Part shown: positions 61,054 to 64,000 of the stretch, in pieces | Layout of the letters: each line of letters begins with the position of its first letter | Numbering within the stretch: position 1 is the stretch's first letter | NCBI GenBank assembly: GCA_016782645.1 | Contig: JADHYC010000003.1 | Span: 2,819-66,818, forward strand | Length of the DNA stretch: 64,000 nt | Source of the DNA: Fidelibacterota bacterium | GTDB lineage: Bacteria > Fidelibacterota > UBA2242 | Reading direction: 5' to 3' | Translations under genes and position numbers: made by a program | Notes under the pieces: model-generated | The model's input: only the letters and a program-made list of their open reading frames with translations | Told to the model about the DNA's origin: nothing | The model's database searches: none

Positions 61054-61781
61054 TGCACGATTTTCAGTTTTACATCCCCCCGGAAAAAGTGAGGAATAAA
61101 TTAGTAACTTTTGATGGTGAAGAATACAGACACTGCTGCCGTGTTTTGAGGAAAAATAGGGGGGATGTAGTAAAAGTTTTTGACGGATATGGTTTTCATT
61201 ATAATGTTCGTATTCTAAATATTTATGATAATTACGCTGAAGGTGAAATTATAAAATCCTACCCTAAAGAAAAGAGTGTTTTTCCTGAAGTAATTTTGGG
61301 TGTAGGGAAAATTAAAAATAGTGCATTAGATACAATTGTGAGTCAAGTGTCGAGCCTTGGAGTTGCTCATTTTTATCCTTTATTAACAAGACACTCTGTT
61401 AAGAGGGGATTCAAAAAAGGGCGCTTTGAAAGAATAGCGATTGAATCAGTCAAGCAGTGTGGGTCTGCTTATTTACCCAAGATTCATGACAAGGTTAGCT
61501 TTGATAATTGGTTAAATATTACTCAAGATGAAAAGTTGAAACTTATTGCAGAACAAGTCAGTTCGATGTCGTTACTTAAAGTAATGGATGAGATGAAAAA
61601 TATAGATAAAGTTACCGTAATGATTGGTCCTGAGGGTGGATTTAGTGACGATGAAATCAAGACTGCTAAAGGAAATGGTTTTATTCCTGTTAATATTTCT
61701 AAACGTCGGTTAAGGACAGAGCTGGCTGTAGTAGTTATGCTTGCGAATATATATTCGCTAGTTTCAATGGAGGATGTATAA
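61053..61781 (+). CDS. rsmE: 16S rRNA m3U1498 methyltransferase
   Basis: HCCRVLR, ESVKQC, IGPEGGF, LRTELA. Confidence 0.93.
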   Translation: MHDFQFYIPPEKVRNKLVTFDGEEYRHCCRVLRKNRGDVVKVFDGYGFHYNVRILNIYDNYAEGEIIKSYPKEKSVFPEVILGVGKIKNSALDTIVSQVSSLGVAHFYPLLTRHSVKRGFKKGRFERIAIESVKQCGSAYLPKIHDKVSFDNWLNITQDEKLKLIAEQVSSMSLLKVMDEMKNIDKVTVMIGPEGGFSDDEIKTAKGNGFIPVNISKRRLRTELAVVVMLANIYSLVSMEDV

Positions 61782-62130
61782 ATTGGAAAAAGATTGTATT
61801 TTTTGTAAAATTGCTTCTGGTGAAATAGGTACTGAATTTTTATATGAATCGGATGATATTGTTGCTTTTAGAGATTTGAACCCACAAGCACCGACTCACA
61901 TTTTATTAATTCCCAAAAAACACATTCCAAAGATCAGTGAGATTAAAAAAGAAGATGAAGCACTTATAGGAAAAATGATAGATGTGGCAAATTTATTAGC
62001 AGCTAAGGAAAATATCTTAGAAAATGGTTATCGTATGGTTTTTAATTGCGGCAAAGATGCTGGGCAGGAGGTATTTCACATTCATCTTCATTTACTTGGT
62101 GGTCGTAAGATGATATGGCCGCCGGGTTAA
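61774..62130 (+). CDS. hinT: HIT family nucleotide-binding protein
   Basis: DCIFCKI, PQAPTH, HIHLHLLGG, WPPG. Confidence 0.94.
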   Translation: MYKLEKDCIFCKIASGEIGTEFLYESDDIVAFRDLNPQAPTHILLIPKKHIPKISEIKKEDEALIGKMIDVANLLAAKENILENGYRMVFNCGKDAGQEVFHIHLHLLGGRKMIWPPG

Positions 62131-62132
62131 AT

Positions 62133-62230
62133 GTGATTTGTGATTGCAGATAATCAATTAAAAATTAACAATTAATAATGAATAATGACCAATTATCAAT
62201 CGACAATAGTCAATAGTCAATAGTCAATCG
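62133..62230. repeat. Heptamer tandem array immediately before smc
   Basis: (TAGTCAA)x3 plus degenerate TTATCAA/TTAACAA units. Confidence 0.75.
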
Positions 62231-62233
62231 AAA

Positions 62234-64000
62234 ATGTATATTTCAACGCTCAGTCTCTATGGTTTTAAATCTTTTTTAAAGAAGTCTGAAATACACTTTG
62301 GGAGTGGAGTAACTACCGTTGTAGGACCGAATGGCTGCGGTAAAACTAATATTGTCGATGCTATCAGATGGGTAATCGGAGAACAAAAATCCAGCATTCT
62401 TCGGACTGATAGAATTACTGATGTAATATTTAATGGAACATCCTCACGCAGACAGTTAAACCTGGCGGAAGTATCTTTAACCATTCACAATGTAAGTGGG
62501 AGAATACCTATAGAGTATTCGGATATAATGATCACACGTAGAGTTTACCGTAATGGTGAAAGTGAATATTTTATAAATAAAAGTCTTTGCAGGCTCAAGG
62601 ATATTACTGACCTGTTTATTGACACAGGAATGGGTGCAAATGCTTACTCTATCATTGAGTTAAAAATGATAGAGAATATACTGAGTGAAACCTTTGAAGA
62701 GAGGAAAAGGCTTTTTGAAGAGGCTGCAGGAGTTAATAAATATAGAGTTCAAAGAAAAGCGGCTATCAGGAAGTTGGATGCAACTCGTGATGATCTTGTC
62801 AGGTTAACCGATATTATTACTGAAGTGGAATCAAAAGTTAAAAGCCTTAGGAGACAACTCAGGCGTTATGAGAAATATCAGGAAGTAACACAAAAACTTG
62901 TGGATACAGAAGTTGTTCTGGCATCGCGTAGAGTATTGAATATCCGAAAGAATTTAGAGCCAGTATCTTCTGAGATAAAAGAAAAAGAGTCTAAACTCCA
63001 GAAAATAATTAGTGAATTAAAAACCAAGGAAAATTACTGGCAATCCAAACAAAAGTTGTTTGAAGAAAAGGAAAAACTCTTCCAGGAGAAAAACATAGAA
63101 CTTGATAAACTAAAATTTGAAAGAAATAAATTTCAAACAGAGGATTTACTGCTAAAAGAACAGTACCGTAATGTTTCTCAGACTATTTCTAGATTAGAGA
63201 AAGAAATTAATTCGCTCGGTGAAAATACTTCCTATTCAAAAGATAAGGAAAATTCGCTGCAAAATGAACATGATAATATTAAATTAAAATTAGGTAAAAA
63301 GCGAACTGAGTTTCAGGAAATATTGAGCGAGCATCAAAAAATTGAATTATTATTTAAAGATATTAATAAAGAAATTCAATCTCTTTATGATGAACGTTAT
63401 TCACTTCTCAGGCAGCAGGCGGAATACACAGCAAGATATAGTAGCCTTAAGGAAAATATCATACAGCGAGAAAAGGAATTAGAGTTAATTAAAGGGCAGA
63501 TAGAAAAACAAACCTCAAACGAAGAATTAATCAGTCAAACAATAGCGGACACTAACGGCAAGGTTAAGATATTTAAAGATAACCTTGAAAAATATAAGGA
63601 GGCAGAAAAAAAGGAAAAAGAGAGGAACCTGAACCTGATTGGTAAAGAAAGAGATTTAACTGATAAAATGAGGGTTCTTGAATCGGAACAGGATAAACTT
63701 ACAGACAGGATACAGTTTTATAGTGGAATAATTCAATCCAAGGAAGGGTTTAGTCCTGGATTACAATATGTATTGGACAATTTGCATGATTTTCCTGGAA
63801 TTAAAGGAGCACTGTCTGACCTTATTTCTGTAGATTCGAGATATTATCTGTCTGTTGAAGCAGTGATCAAGGATATTTCCCGACTTTTAGTTGCTGACAA
63901 TAGATCATCTGCTATTAATGCTTTAGATAAGTTGGCTAATCTTGGCAAGGGTAAGGTATCTATAATTCCGCTCGACGTGAAACTACAGACAGGTAAGAGT
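62234..64000 (+). CDS. smc: Chromosome segregation protein SMC (runs off the window end)
   Basis: Manual translation: MYISTLSLYGFKSF..VVGPNGCGKTNIVDAIRWVIGEQ..DVIFNG..LFEEAAG, long coiled coil, start of hinge. Confidence 0.96.
   Translation, partial: MYISTLSLYGFKSFLKKSEIHFGSGVTTVVGPNGCGKTNIVDAIRWVIGEQKSSILRTDRITDVIFNGTSSRRQLNLAEVSLTIHNVSGRIPIEYSDIMITRRVYRNGESEYFINKSLCRLKDITDLFIDTGMGANAYSIIELKMIENILSETFEERKRLFEEAAGVNKYRVQRKAAIRKLDATRDDLVRLTDIITEVESKVKSLRRQLRRYEKYQEVTQKLVDTEVVLASRRVLNIRKNLEPVSSEIKEKESKLQKIISELKTKENYWQSKQKLFEEKEKLFQEKNIELDKLKFERNKFQTEDLLLKEQYRNVSQTISRLEKEINSLGENTSYSKDKENSLQNEHDNIKLKLGKKRTEFQEILSEHQKIELLFKDINKEIQSLYDERYSLLRQQAEYTARYSSLKENIIQREKELELIKGQIEKQTSNEELISQTIADTNGKVKIFKDNLEKYKEAEKKEKERNLNLIGKERDLTDKMRVLESEQDKLTDRIQFYSGIIQSKEGFSPGLQYVLDNLHDFPGIKGALSDLISVDSRYYLSVEAVIKDISRLLVADNRSSAINALDKLANLGKGKVSIIPLDVKLQTGKS

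Noticed and set aside
1..64000. CRISPR array, DGR/retron, prophage, IS transposase, tRNA/rRNA
   Set aside because: No regularly spaced repeat-spacer array, reverse transcriptase, phage structural gene, transposase or structural RNA signature was seen by eye

Overview
AT-rich bacterial chromosomal window. The lineage is inferred to be an FCB-group diderm anaerobe such as Marinimicrobia, KSB1 or Calditrichota, from the YPNPFNP-type C-terminal sorting domain, dockerin-bearing C25 protease and many beta-barrel proteins. The backbone is housekeeping, signalling and transport: a Hanks kinase/PP2C/RsbU/RsbW-STAS cluster, an NtrC-type two-component operon, split LKR/SDH saccharopine genes, S9, C25 and M3B peptidases, yhaM, an ECF S component, a SurA/PpiD-like chaperone, a 6-PAS hybrid kinase, a TatT-associated TRAP system, hsp20, folB-folK-dNK, a radical SAM gene, rsmE-HIT-smc. 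No rRNA, tRNA, CRISPR array, integrase or transposase was recognised. The most interesting signals lie outside the ORF track. (1) Integron-type gene cassettes with attC sites but no integrase: a near-textbook 60-bp attC cassette next to surA and a decayed array at 4.5-7.7 kb. (2) Small nuclease genes (GxxExxY, DUF559) bracketed by family-specific inverted repeats, with empty or solo copies elsewhere. (3) Short palindromic and heptamer repeats inserted in frame into protein N-termini. (4) An RsbW-STAS fusion whose linker carries an A-AAA-AAG slippery site, a -1-frame stop and an internal Shine-Dalgarno. (5) Several decayed defence relics (AbiE, Dam). Product calls come from motif recognition only; no database searches were run.
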